Assembly: GCA_040289385.1 (NCBI GenBank)
Contig: PSLB01000001.1
Location: 1-43,338, forward strand
Direction: 5' to 3'
Origin: Armatimonadota bacterium
GTDB lineage: Bacteria > Armatimonadota > Fimbriimonadia > Fimbriimonadales > GBS-DC
DNA: 43,338 nucleotides
The notes under the pieces: model-generated
The model's input: only the letters and a program-made list of their open reading frames with translations
The model's database searches: none
Told to the model about the DNA's origin: nothing
Part shown: positions 23,147-32,693 of the stretch, piece after piece
How the letters are laid out: every line of letters starts with the position of its first letter
Position numbering within the stretch: the stretch's first letter is position 1
Translations under genes and position numbers: made by a program

Positions 23147-24628
23147 CATGTCGCTCCGCTCGGAAGGCATACGCTCCGCTGGCGAGTCATCCTGTTTCGG
23201 TTGGGCGCGACGGAGTTCGCGAATCTGACGCACCCACATGCGTATGGCTTCGATACTGATGCGATTCGCAAAGAAGGGCAGGGCGACCAGATAGAGCCAC
23301 CACCCCACGACAGGTGCGAACATTATCGCTACAAACCCCACCGCCCACAACGAGGTAAGCCGATAGTTGGGTGCCCCAACCGCAAGACGAAAGTTACGGT
23401 CGATGATCCAAAGGTTCGGAATGTTCGCAATCCAGGTGGCACTCGCGTACCCATAGAGTTTATACGGGGCTGGCAAAAGCCAGGTTAGCAAGGTGCTCAC
23501 GCCGAAAAAGGTGGTGATGTAAGCCACATTAGCCACAATCATTGCTCGGTTACGACGCACCAGATGCAATACCGAAGCCATTACCCCTGCAACTGTCACC
23601 AAAAAGGCATGAATAGCCACCAGCAAGAATACCCACACAACTATCCCCACATCCCATTGGCTCCCCAGCATTCTCGGAAGGATCCAAGGACTGACAATGG
23701 TAAATAGAGCGAAGAAAGTGCATATCGACAAAAGCCGAATCGCCATTCCCTCATTTACCGATCTAAGCAGTCTGGAATGATCATGCTGAATGCGAGCGAG
23801 CGCCGGCACGCTTAAACGTCCGATCGCGTCGCTTACGAAGGTCAGCATGCCTACAAAACGCATCGCCAGCGCGTAATAGCCCACCGCCTCTTTGCCAGAC
23901 AGCGGTAATAACACTATCGATGGGGCCACATCGCGCAAATAGTAAAGCCAGCCGGCCAATGCTTGCCCGAAACTGTAGTGAAGCATATCTTTGAGCAACG
24001 ATGGATTCCAGTACCACGCAGGGCGATAGCGAGCGGCCAGCCAGAACCCCCCCACAAGCATCACCTGACTTGCCCAGAACCCGCTCACCAAAGCCCACAC
24101 GCCAAGCCCTAACCATGCAAGCGGAATAGCCACAAGGTAATAGCAAATCTGAGAAGCTATTTCTACAGTGGTCACCTTTTTATAATCTAGATCTCTTTCT
24201 AAATACGCTTGAGGAACCACGCTAACCATCAAAAACGGAATACTGAGACTTAGCGATAGCATCACGCGTGTGAATTCTCCGTCTTTTACCCAAACATGTC
24301 CCCCAATGGCTGCAAAGCCTACTATAATTAATGCCAACGTACATCCGATCAAGCTTAGCCACCAGAAAGCAAGGTGGAATAATCGATGGCTCTCTGCCTC
24401 CTGAGAGCGAATCAGGTAAACATTAATCCCCATCTGACCCAGAGCGAGAAGATAACTGAGTAGACCCAGCGCAGAGTTGTAAATCCCATATGCCGAAGGA
24501 CCAACGATCCGCGTCAGAAAGAGGAGCCCCACGAGGCCTAAGGCGAGCCCCACACTCCGCCGAACTGTGAGATAGATTCCCCCTTCCAGAGCCTGTTTGC
24601 GTAAGGAAGATGGCGGTGATGAGCGCAT
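23141..24628 (-). CDS. polysaccharide flippase (Wzx/MOP superfamily)
   Basis: The 495-aa ORF has 12-14 predicted TM spans and sits in a polysaccharide locus. The N-terminal pattern ([29 protein letters not shown]) is typical of Polysacc_synt proteins. Confidence 0.8.
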   Translation of the reverse strand: MRSSPPSSLRKQALEGGIYLTVRRSVGLALGLVGLLFLTRIVGPSAYGIYNSALGLLSYLLALGQMGINVYLIRSQEAESHRLFHLAFWWLSLIGCTLALIIVGFAAIGGHVWVKDGEFTRVMLSLSLSIPFLMVSVVPQAYLERDLDYKKVTTVEIASQICYYLVAIPLAWLGLGVWALVSGFWASQVMLVGGFWLAARYRPAWYWNPSLLKDMLHYSFGQALAGWLYYLRDVAPSIVLLPLSGKEAVGYYALAMRFVGMLTFVSDAIGRLSVPALARIQHDHSRLLRSVNEGMAIRLLSICTFFALFTIVSPWILPRMLGSQWDVGIVVWVFLLVAIHAFLVTVAGVMASVLHLVRRNRAMIVANVAYITTFFGVSTLLTWLLPAPYKLYGYASATWIANIPNLWIIDRNFRLAVGAPNYRLTSLWAVGFVAIMFAPVVGWWLYLVALPFFANRISIEAIRMWVRQIRELRRAQPKQDDSPAERMPSERSDML

Positions 24629-24637
24629 TTTCTGATC

Positions 24638-26272
24638 TCACAAACTCCGAACTCGGTTGCGCCAGTTCACGATGTCGCTGACGCTCCCTAGGTGGACCCA
24701 ACCTGTCAGCAGTTGGCGCCATGCCCTCAGTTCCTGATAGCAGCGCACGGCAGTCGAGGGCCATTCATAACTCATCTCGTAGTTATGATGGTACATCAAC
24801 GCTCCAGAACACAACCACTTGAGCCACATAATCTCTCCAAACCGCCGACCCAACACGCGCGCAAACAGAAGGTCAGGGGGTTCGCCCGCGCTCCCATAAC
24901 CGTCCGCTAAGGCAATGGTGACCCGATCCGCAGGCTGAGTGCCGTAGTTGATATTGCCTGTCCAGAGGGGATCGTAGGAGTCGATAAGCTCAATCCCGTA
25001 GCGTCGGTCTAACGGACTGACCGAGTACGGGTTCGTGGACATAAGCCGTGTCGACCTGGCTGTGTAGCAGGCTCCTGAAAGAAAGCGCACGGCGCGCACG
25101 GGGGTCTCCTCGCGCAGAAAGCGCAGGTAGCGGTCGCTGAACTGGTTGTTGGCAAAGTTGATGTAGCGGTGCCTGCCACACCAGCTGTCGGCAAAGCCCA
25201 TGCCTTGCATCTCGTCCAGCGTGCCTCTCCAGTGCGCACGGTAGGCAGCAGGCGAGCTGAAATCACGAAATGACCCGTAGGCGTTCGTCCAGCTGGTGGC
25301 GCCGGAGTAGCCCACTGTCTCCTCCACTAACCAGCGATGGTCGTGCCACGCACAGGGGAAACAGCCTGCTTGCTCTGCTAGCAGGATTTGGTGAATCTGC
25401 ACCAACTGGCTGTTGAGCGTGCGAGCATTTTTGTGCAGATAGGTATCGGTTGGACCGAGGTTGCTGTTGGCGCTGGTGGTACAGCCACACTGCACGACCA
25501 AGCCTGTATTCTGACAGAAACTTCGAAGCCACTGCAGAGACTGCAAATAGAGATCGTAGCTCCAGCCAACCACTCCTGGCGCTCCCCGATTGCACACATG
25601 ATCAATATCAGCCGACCACGGACGGCTCCACTCGGGATCCGCTCCCTCGTTCGCCATAATCCACGGCACCACCCATACTGAACGCTGCAACACCCAGACA
25701 TCAGGCAAAAAGTAACGATTATTCCAGCGAGCAATATAGACATGCTGAGCATTCGGATGCAAATCCGGATCCGGATGCAGCAGCACCTGTAGGTTGGGCG
25801 TGCTTTCATCGACACGCAGTGCGTGATACACCCCGCTTACTGTGCTGATATAACTTGCGATGTGTACCGCTATTCCCAATGAGACCCAGATCGCACGCCT
25901 GCCGACAAGATTTATCTGAGTCGGCGAACCGTCCAAAGGAGTCAGCCCCAGCACCCCCGTCGCAGGAGTGCCAGCAGTGCCTTGTGGAACCTGATATCCA
26001 CACAAATAGAGGGGCTTATCCCCTGTGCTGTAGCTCACCCACCCCAGCACAGGCTGGCTGGAGGTTACTCCTGTGAGCGTCGGCACAATCCCGAAGTCGT
26101 ACCGACTATTAAAGGTCGCTTTGCTGATGTTGCCTGCGACAATGATGTCGGCGGAGACCCCCCATAGGCGCATTGCCGACTGCCATGCTTTCGCTGCGCG
26201 GAGGTTATTGGCGTACAGCGAGCTGTTAGGGTTATTGGTTGGGATAATCAACGCGATCCGCTTGCGTGCCAT
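24638..26272 (-). CDS. hypothetical soluble protein (544 aa, Trp-rich), candidate polysaccharide-modifying enzyme
   Basis: It is a long clean ORF packed between ugd (7 nt gap) and wzx (9 nt gap). It has no signal peptide and no TM span. ADIDHV, AWHDH and RHRY strings are faintly reminiscent of deacetylase-type metal sites, but this is not a confident assignment. Confidence 0.65.
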   Translation of the reverse strand: MARKRIALIIPTNNPNSSLYANNLRAAKAWQSAMRLWGVSADIIVAGNISKATFNSRYDFGIVPTLTGVTSSQPVLGWVSYSTGDKPLYLCGYQVPQGTAGTPATGVLGLTPLDGSPTQINLVGRRAIWVSLGIAVHIASYISTVSGVYHALRVDESTPNLQVLLHPDPDLHPNAQHVYIARWNNRYFLPDVWVLQRSVWVVPWIMANEGADPEWSRPWSADIDHVCNRGAPGVVGWSYDLYLQSLQWLRSFCQNTGLVVQCGCTTSANSNLGPTDTYLHKNARTLNSQLVQIHQILLAEQAGCFPCAWHDHRWLVEETVGYSGATSWTNAYGSFRDFSSPAAYRAHWRGTLDEMQGMGFADSWCGRHRYINFANNQFSDRYLRFLREETPVRAVRFLSGACYTARSTRLMSTNPYSVSPLDRRYGIELIDSYDPLWTGNINYGTQPADRVTIALADGYGSAGEPPDLLFARVLGRRFGEIMWLKWLCSGALMYHHNYEMSYEWPSTAVRCYQELRAWRQLLTGWVHLGSVSDIVNWRNRVRSL

Positions 26273-26279
26273 AGATCAA

Positions 26280-27599
26280 TTATAGCCCATTTTGGCTTGA
26301 AGGGGGTTCTGCACGGCCGATTCCGTAGTAATAGAAGCCGAGTTTGCGAAGGCGTTGAGGGTCATAGAGATTGCGTCCATCGAACAGGTTCGGTTGGCGC
26401 ATCAGATGTTTGATGCGTTCAAAGTTGAGCTGTTTGAACTCGTTCCATTCGGTGACCAATACCAGTGCATCGGCTCCTTCGGCGACTTCGTAGGCACTTT
26501 TACAGTAGGTGATGTGCGGGTAGATGGCTTGCATATTGGGCATTGCTACGGGGTCGTAGGCACGCACTTGGGCGCCCTCTTGAAGGAGGTGGCGCATGAT
26601 TTCGATGGAGCGTGCTTCCCGAATGTCGTCGGTGTTAGGTTTGAAAGCCAGTCCCAGCAAGCCGACGGTTTTGTCACGGAGCCCGTTCAGGCGTTCGGCA
26701 ATTCGCTGAACGAACTGGCGTGGGCGCGCCTCATTGATGGCTAACACGGTCTCGTAGAGGCTTGGGTCTAAACCGTATCGTTGGACGCTGTGGGCGAAAG
26801 CTTTCACATCTTTGGGGAAGCACGAGCCGCCGAAGCCCAGCCCTGCCTGAAGAAAGTGTGCCCCGATACGGGGGTCATAACCCATCGCTTTGGCGACTTG
26901 GACCACATCGGCGCCCACGCGCTCACACAGGTCGGCTATCGCATTGATATACGAAATCTTCAACGCCAGAAAGGCGTTCGAGGCATACTTAATGATCTCA
27001 GCAGTGGGCAGGTTGGTGATAAGCATAGGGCGTTCCAAAGGGGCATAGAGTTCCACAATCTTCCTCGCGGCGCGTGGGTTATCAGTGCCAATCACGATGC
27101 GGTCAGGGTAGAGGGTGTCGTGGACAGCCGAGCCTTCACGCAAAAATTCGGGATTGGAAACCACATCGAACTCGTGCGGTTCCTTGCGATGCTGTTCGAT
27201 GATTTGGCGGACGCGGTCGCCTGTGCCAACAGGTACGGTGGACTTATTGACGATGATTTTGTAGCCGTTGAGTGCCTCGCCGATGGCGCGTGCCACCTCG
27301 TCGACATACTGCAGGTCGGGTTCGCCGTTTTCACGGGGGGGCGTGCCGACGGTGATAAAGATAACCTCCGATTCGCGCACCGCACCTGCCAAGTCAGTAG
27401 TGGCACGGAGCCGTTCCTCCTCTAAGTTTCTCTGGAGGAGTTCGTCCAATCCTGGTTCGTAGATTGGGGTGCGCCCCTTGTTGATGGCATCTACCTTGTG
27501 CGCGTCGATGTCGACACAGATCACCTCGTTGCCGAGATCGGCGAACACAACTCCTGTGACCAGCCCGACATAGCCTGCTCCGACGACAGTGATTTTCAT
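26280..27599 (-). CDS. ugd: UDP-glucose 6-dehydrogenase
   Basis: MKITVVGAGYVGLVTG, GTP, the catalytic FGGSCFPKD and LGLAFKPNTDDIREA are present. Confidence 0.92.
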   Translation of the reverse strand: MKITVVGAGYVGLVTGVVFADLGNEVICVDIDAHKVDAINKGRTPIYEPGLDELLQRNLEEERLRATTDLAGAVRESEVIFITVGTPPRENGEPDLQYVDEVARAIGEALNGYKIIVNKSTVPVGTGDRVRQIIEQHRKEPHEFDVVSNPEFLREGSAVHDTLYPDRIVIGTDNPRAARKIVELYAPLERPMLITNLPTAEIIKYASNAFLALKISYINAIADLCERVGADVVQVAKAMGYDPRIGAHFLQAGLGFGGSCFPKDVKAFAHSVQRYGLDPSLYETVLAINEARPRQFVQRIAERLNGLRDKTVGLLGLAFKPNTDDIREARSIEIMRHLLQEGAQVRAYDPVAMPNMQAIYPHITYCKSAYEVAEGADALVLVTEWNEFKQLNFERIKHLMRQPNLFDGRNLYDPQRLRKLGFYYYGIGRAEPPSSQNGL

Positions 27600-27615
27600 T
27601 GAGTATCTCCTCTCG

Positions 27616-27636
27616 GATAATTATCGGCACGCGTGG
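27616..27636. promoter_or_regulatory. palindromic GATAATTATC (two face-to-face -10 boxes) plus the shared GTGCCGATAATT motif, in the divergent ugd / dac intergenic region
   Basis: Positions 27616-27625 read GATAAT on both strands. On the minus strand the sequence is CCACGcGTGCCGATAATT, 20 nt from the ugd ATG. Confidence 0.4.
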
Positions 27637-27711
27637 GGCGTGCTCTCCACCCCAAAAGATTGTACCTCAAATTGAGCAGGAGAACGGAAGGGTCGGGTAA
27701 ACTCCAACGAT

Positions 27712-28881
27712 ATGCGCAACATGCTCGGCGTTCTGGTCTGGCTCTGGGTAGTGGTGGCTTGTGGGCAGACGCCTAAAGTTCTTGCGCGAAGTGCCCTGTT
27801 GATGGAGGCGCGGAGTGGACAGGTGCTCTACGCCAAGAATGCTCACTTGCGCTTGCCTCCTGCCAGCCTGACGAAGATGTTGACCGCACTGGTCGTGGTC
27901 GAACATGCCGATCTCGATGAGGAGGTCACAGCCTCGAAGCGAGCGGTAGAGACCCCTGCCAGTTCGATGCATTTGCGGGAGGGGGAGCAGGTCTCGGTGC
28001 GGGATCTGCTTTACGCCCTGCTATTGCGTTCCGCCAACGATTCTGCCGTGGCTTTGGCAGAACATGTAGGGGGTTCTGTGGAGCAGTTTGTGCAGATGAT
28101 GAACCAGAAAGCGCAGGCACTTGGTGCGCGAAACACGCATCTGGTCAACCCTCACGGTCTGGACGCTCCCAACCACTACTCCACTGCCTACGATATGGCG
28201 CTGATTGCACGCGCCTTTATGGAGCACCCTACTCTGCGTGCGATCGTGGGTCAACGCTACTATATTGTTCAGCGCTCGCTCAATCAGGAAGACCTCTGGA
28301 TGGTGAATAAGTCCAAATTTCTCCAGCTCTATCCGTATGCTGAGGGCATCAAGACTGGCTATACCCGTCCTGCAGGGTTCTGCTTCGCAGGTTCAGCTAT
28401 GAAGCAGGGGCGTCGGCTCATTGCGGTGGTGCTCAACAGTCCTCAGCGTGAGCAAGATACCATCTCGATGATGGAGTACGGCTTTTGGGAATGGGTGCCG
28501 CTGGAGATGCGCATGCCGCTTACGCCGATACGGGTGGAGGCAGGCGAAACAGACCATGTTGCGGTAAGGCTGGAGCGCCCAGCATACTGGGTTGTGCCCG
28601 CGCACCAGAAGGATACCTACCGTTGGGAGCTGAAGCCGCTGCAGTTGCAGGCTCCTGTTGGGCTAAATCACCTTGCTGGCTGGCTGCAGCTAAAGCAGGG
28701 GGATGCAACAGTCCTCCAAATTCCGCTACGGACTGCGGCTTCTGTGGGGAGGCGTCCGTCTTCGAATCGCTTGTCTTGGGCGGGGTTGCTATTGACAGGG
28801 CTGTTGGCGGGATGGGGGTGGCGTCAGCGTCTCCAGCGTCGCTCTGTATCGCTTCGGCTTCACCGATACTTTGAGCGATAG
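27712..28881 (+). CDS. D-alanyl-D-alanine carboxypeptidase (peptidase S11, PBP5/6-like) with C-terminal membrane anchor
   Basis: The active-site motifs SLTKMLT (SxxK), SAND (SxN) and KTGYT (KTG) are present. The C-terminus has the hydrophobic tail LSWAGLLLTGLLAGWGW. Confidence 0.88.
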   Translation: MRNMLGVLVWLWVVVACGQTPKVLARSALLMEARSGQVLYAKNAHLRLPPASLTKMLTALVVVEHADLDEEVTASKRAVETPASSMHLREGEQVSVRDLLYALLLRSANDSAVALAEHVGGSVEQFVQMMNQKAQALGARNTHLVNPHGLDAPNHYSTAYDMALIARAFMEHPTLRAIVGQRYYIVQRSLNQEDLWMVNKSKFLQLYPYAEGIKTGYTRPAGFCFAGSAMKQGRRLIAVVLNSPQREQDTISMMEYGFWEWVPLEMRMPLTPIRVEAGETDHVAVRLERPAYWVVPAHQKDTYRWELKPLQLQAPVGLNHLAGWLQLKQGDATVLQIPLRTAASVGRRPSSNRLSWAGLLLTGLLAGWGWRQRLQRRSVSLRLHRYFER

Positions 28882-28951
28882 GGTTAGTTTTCAGGGCGCT
28901 ATGGGCTATAATATATCTGGTGTGGAATAACCTCCTACAAGGAACGGACTG

Positions 28952-30268
28952 ATGAAAGTCAGTATATTCGGACTGGGCTATGTGGGTGCTGTCACCTCTG
29001 CGTGCTTAGCGAAAGAGGGGCACACTGTTATTGGCGTAGACATAGACGCCTACAAACTCAGCTTGATTCGCGAAGGGCGTGCGCCGATTGTAGAGTCAAA
29101 CCTCGAGCCGTTCCTACAGGAGGGTCTCCGCTCAGGGCGCCTGAGCGTTACCGACAACACGGAGCTGGCAGTTCACCAAAGCGAGATTTCGCTGATCTGC
29201 GTGAGCACACCCTGTAAGGAGAACGGCGATCTCAACACGACCTACTTAGAGAGCGTGGTGGAACAGATTGGGCGCGCCTTGCGCACCAAAGAGGGCTATC
29301 ACCTGGTGGTGGTGCGCAGTACCGTGTTGCCTGGTACCACCGAAGAGGTTCTGCTCCCAATTTTAGAGGAGACATCGGGAAAGGCAGTCCATGTGGGGGT
29401 TGGGCTGGGTGTGAACCCAGAATTTCTGCGTGAGGGCACTGCTATTGCCGATTTCTACAGTCCCCCCTTTACTATCGTGGGGGCACACCGCCCTGAAGAT
29501 GCAGAGACCATCGCCCAACTCTACGAGGGCGTCAAAGCGCAGCTTTTCAAGACCAACATCCGCACAGCCGAGATGATCAAGTACGCTTGTAATGCCTTCC
29601 ATGCGCTCAAAATCACCTTCGCTAACGAGATCGGCATGCTCTGTAAGGCAGAGGGCGTGGACAGCCACGAGGTGATGCGGATCTTTTGCGCCGATACGAA
29701 GTTAAACATCTCTCCTCGCTACCTCATGCCAGGATTTGCCTTTGGCGGCTCCTGCCTTCCGAAAGATTTACGGGCGCTTACCTACCGCGCGCGTTCGAAC
29801 GATGTGGCGATGCCGATGCTGGAAAGCATCCTTCCCAGCAATCGTCTGCAAATTGAGCAGGTGGTCAAGCTAATTGTCCGTCAACGGAAGCGTCGAATCG
29901 GGCTGTTTGGTCTGTCTTTCAAACCCGGCACGGATGACCTGCGCGAAAGCCCACTGGTAGAGCTGGCAGAACAGCTGATCGGTAAGGGATATAAACTGCT
30001 GATTCACGACCCCAATGTGTGCTATGCGGCGCTCCATGGCTCCAACAAAGCCTACGTTGAGCGCGAGATCCCCCATATCCGTGAAATTTTGCGCGAGGAT
30101 GCGAACGAAGTGGTTCGCCATGCTGAACTGTTGATTATCGGGCACCTGTCCCCCACTCTTCGCGAGAGCTTGCCCGCCCATATACGCGAAGGGCAACTGG
30201 TGCTGGACTTAGCCCGTGCGTTCCATCCTAATCAAATAAGAGGTGAATATATTGGACTCTACTGGTAA
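28952..30268 (+). CDS. GDP-mannose 6-dehydrogenase (AlgD-like)
   Basis: From memory, it is colinear with P. aeruginosa AlgD along its whole length. Shared strings are MKVSIFGLGYVGAV, VVRSTVLPGT, NPEFLREGTAI, EMIKYACNAFHALKITFANEIG, PGFAFGGSCLPKDLRALTYRA, GLSFKPGTDDLRESPLVELAE.LIGKGY and a terminal G..W. Confidence 0.88.
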   Translation: MKVSIFGLGYVGAVTSACLAKEGHTVIGVDIDAYKLSLIREGRAPIVESNLEPFLQEGLRSGRLSVTDNTELAVHQSEISLICVSTPCKENGDLNTTYLESVVEQIGRALRTKEGYHLVVVRSTVLPGTTEEVLLPILEETSGKAVHVGVGLGVNPEFLREGTAIADFYSPPFTIVGAHRPEDAETIAQLYEGVKAQLFKTNIRTAEMIKYACNAFHALKITFANEIGMLCKAEGVDSHEVMRIFCADTKLNISPRYLMPGFAFGGSCLPKDLRALTYRARSNDVAMPMLESILPSNRLQIEQVVKLIVRQRKRRIGLFGLSFKPGTDDLRESPLVELAEQLIGKGYKLLIHDPNVCYAALHGSNKAYVEREIPHIREILREDANEVVRHAELLIIGHLSPTLRESLPAHIREGQLVLDLARAFHPNQIRGEYIGLYW

Positions 30269-31487
30269 ATGCAAAGGAAAAATTCTGATTTTGGTGGAGA
30301 ATCTGCCCGTGCCGATGGATCGTCGAGTGTGGCAGGAGTCGCTGGCACTGACCGAGGCAGGGTATGAGGTCTCGGTCATTTCCCCCCGCTCCCACGAAGA
30401 GCCCGAGTATATGGAGATTCAGGGCGTGCATCTGTACCGTTATCCGATGCCTCCCCCCACAAAGAGCGTATTTAGCTTCTTTTACGAGTTCATCTACTGC
30501 TGGCTTCAGACTTGGCGCCTAACGCGCCGCGTCTGGAGAGAGCGCGGAATCGATGTGATCCAGACCTGCAACCCGCCCGATACATTCTGGACCATCGGGC
30601 GGTGGTACAAGCGCAAAGGGGTCAAGTTTGTGTTCGACCAGCATGACCTATGTCCCGAACTCTACGAGTCGCGCTTCGGGCGCAGGGGCTTATTGCATAG
30701 AGGGCTTTTGTGGTTAGAGAAACAGACCTACCGCGCCGCCGATGGGGTCATCGCCCCCAACGAGTCGTATCGGCGTGTGGCGATGGAGCGCGGTGGCATC
30801 GCCCCTGAAAAGATTGCGATAATACGCAGTGGTCCTATCGCCAGCCGATTCCAACGAGTCGAGCCCGATCCGTCTCTCAAGTGCGGTCATCGATACATGG
30901 GGGTCTACTTGGGCGTCATGGGTGCTCAGGATGGGGTGGACTATCTTCTGCGTGCCATCCACCATGTCCTCTACACTTTCAGGCATACCGAGACCCTGTT
31001 CGTGCTAATCGGCGGGGGCGATATGTACCCTGATTTGGTGCAGATGAGCCGAGACCTCAAGCTCACCAAGCATGTCAAGTTCACAGGACGCATTCCCGAT
31101 GAGGAGCTCCTGCGCTACCTCAGCACTGCGGATATTGCATTAGCCCCCGATCCCTTCAGCCCCCTCAATGATGTCTCCACGATGAACAAGGTGATCGAGT
31201 ATATGGCAGTGGGCTTACCAATCGTCTCGTTTGACCTCAAAGAGTCGCGCTACTCCGCACAGGAGTCTGCGGTCTATGTTGCGAACAACGACGAGCGTGC
31301 TTTCGCTCAAGCGATCCTCGATTTGCTAAACGATCCCGAACGCAGAAAGCGCATGGGAGAGTTCGGGCAGAAACGATTCCGCGAATGTCTCAGCTGGGAG
31401 CATAGCAAGCAGAAACTGGTAGAGTTCTACAACCAGATTTTGGGACATGCCCCTGCAACGCAGAAGGCTCCAGAGCGAGTCAAATAG
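30243..31487 (+). CDS. glycosyltransferase family 4 (paralog 1)
   Basis: The N-terminal Glyco_trans_4-like region reads ILILVENLPVPMDRRVWQESLALTEAGYEVSVISPR. The C-terminal GT1 core reads MNKVIEYMAVGLPIVSF. The start is uncertain (GTG 30243 or TTG 30252), and it overlaps the upstream stop. Confidence 0.82.
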   Translation: MNILDSTGKCKGKILILVENLPVPMDRRVWQESLALTEAGYEVSVISPRSHEEPEYMEIQGVHLYRYPMPPPTKSVFSFFYEFIYCWLQTWRLTRRVWRERGIDVIQTCNPPDTFWTIGRWYKRKGVKFVFDQHDLCPELYESRFGRRGLLHRGLLWLEKQTYRAADGVIAPNESYRRVAMERGGIAPEKIAIIRSGPIASRFQRVEPDPSLKCGHRYMGVYLGVMGAQDGVDYLLRAIHHVLYTFRHTETLFVLIGGGDMYPDLVQMSRDLKLTKHVKFTGRIPDEELLRYLSTADIALAPDPFSPLNDVSTMNKVIEYMAVGLPIVSFDLKESRYSAQESAVYVANNDERAFAQAILDLLNDPERRKRMGEFGQKRFRECLSWEHSKQKLVEFYNQILGHAPATQKAPERVK

Positions 31488-31496
31488 GAGGTTACG

Positions 31497-32693
31497 ATGG
31501 CGACGCTCACCCTGGTGTACAGTGGCGACTTTCAGAGCTACCCGATGGGGGGGGTGCTGGAGTATGTGAAGAACTTTGCACGCTATGCCCCTGTTGAGGT
31601 GCGTCTGGTGGGCTTGACGCTGAATCGTGACCTCCCACTGGGCAAATGGACCACCGTATGCCTCAAGGATGTGGAGCGTCCCTTTTTGCCCATCCTTTAT
31701 GTGGATGCCCAACGCCAACAGCGTTCGCCTATCCCGCTTAACTATCGGTTTGTGCGCGCTCTCAAAGCCTGTCGCGCCCAATACTGGACGCCAGAAACGG
31801 TCTTCTACATCCAGCGCGCCGAGCATGGGTTGGCGTTTCGTACGATGCCGAACCCCCTCTACTTCAACACGCATGGACAATCGGCTTTCTTTGAGCAGTG
31901 GAAAACCCATCCTTTGTTCCGTTGGCGCTGGTTCCGAGCCTGGTTTTACCGTATGGAGGCACAAGTCATCCGACGCGCCGAGGGGGTGTTGGTCATCAGC
32001 CCTGCAGACTACGACTACTATGTTCGGCAATTCCCCGATCGGCGCCAGCAGATTCACTTTATCCCGCTGGGTATCGAGACAGACGAGTATTTGCCTCCTG
32101 CTGTGCGTGAAGGGGAACCGCCGACGATTTTATTCGTAGGGAGATTAGACGCTTCTAAAGGATTAGATTTGTTGATCGCGGGTTTTGCCGCGCTTAAAAA
32201 GCGGATGCCCACCGCTCAGCTGATTTTGGTGGGCGGATCGCAGGATTACAATCCGATGGAGGCGCAGGTGCGTGAATGGATTGCGCAGTATCAAGTGCGT
32301 GATTCGGTGGTGATGACAGGGTTGATTCCGCGTGAGGCAATAAAGGCGTACTATCAGACGGCGCATGTGTTTACGCTAACCTCTCGCTGGGAGGGGCTTC
32401 CCACAGCGTTATTGGAGGCAATGGCATGCGGGCTCCCGGCGGTAGTGACCGCCGTCGGGGGCATGCCCAGTGTGGTCAAAGACGACCAGAACGGCTATGT
32501 GTTATCGGTGCGAGACCCCAAACAGTTAGCAGAACTGTTGGCACGGGCATACTACGAGCGGGAACGACTGGGTGCGGGAGCACGGCGGACTGCAGAAGGC
32601 TACTCGATTCGCCAGCACGCCTATCGAGTGTGTCAGCAGATGGGGTTTGTCTCCGAACAAATGACAGCAAAGGTGCGAGAGCAGGCATGTTGA
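31497..32693 (+). CDS. glycosyltransferase family 4 (GT1-type C-terminal domain)
   Basis: A TAGGAGG SD is present. ILFVGRLDASKGLDLL and EGLPTALLEAMACGLPAVVTAVGG form the E-x7-E region. Confidence 0.85.
   Translation: MATLTLVYSGDFQSYPMGGVLEYVKNFARYAPVEVRLVGLTLNRDLPLGKWTTVCLKDVERPFLPILYVDAQRQQRSPIPLNYRFVRALKACRAQYWTPETVFYIQRAEHGLAFRTMPNPLYFNTHGQSAFFEQWKTHPLFRWRWFRAWFYRMEAQVIRRAEGVLVISPADYDYYVRQFPDRRQQIHFIPLGIETDEYLPPAVREGEPPTILFVGRLDASKGLDLLIAGFAALKKRMPTAQLILVGGSQDYNPMEAQVREWIAQYQVRDSVVMTGLIPREAIKAYYQTAHVFTLTSRWEGLPTALLEAMACGLPAVVTAVGGMPSVVKDDQNGYVLSVRDPKQLAELLARAYYERERLGAGARRTAEGYSIRQHAYRVCQQMGFVSEQMTAKVREQAC

Noticed and set aside
31326-32057. A 243-aa minus-strand ORF inside the glycosyltransferase genes. 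Similar antisense ORFs occur at 36780..37454 (metK), 38745..39314 (FtsX), 12356..13204 (C11 peptidase), 3518..4204 and 4164..4751 (ABC), and 18641..19270 (pilB).
   Set aside because: All of them lie antisense to genes with unmistakable family motifs, and all lack recognisable domains and ribosome-binding sites. I treat them as GC-driven open frames.
32426-32686. The N-terminal 87 codons of track ORF 32426..33937. Analogous 5' extensions occur in 13594..14427, 14984..17446 and 21489..22157.
   Set aside because: The extensions overlap the preceding gene or a repeat element, and they are Arg/Gly-rich. Homology to the paralog or family starts at the internal Met in each case.
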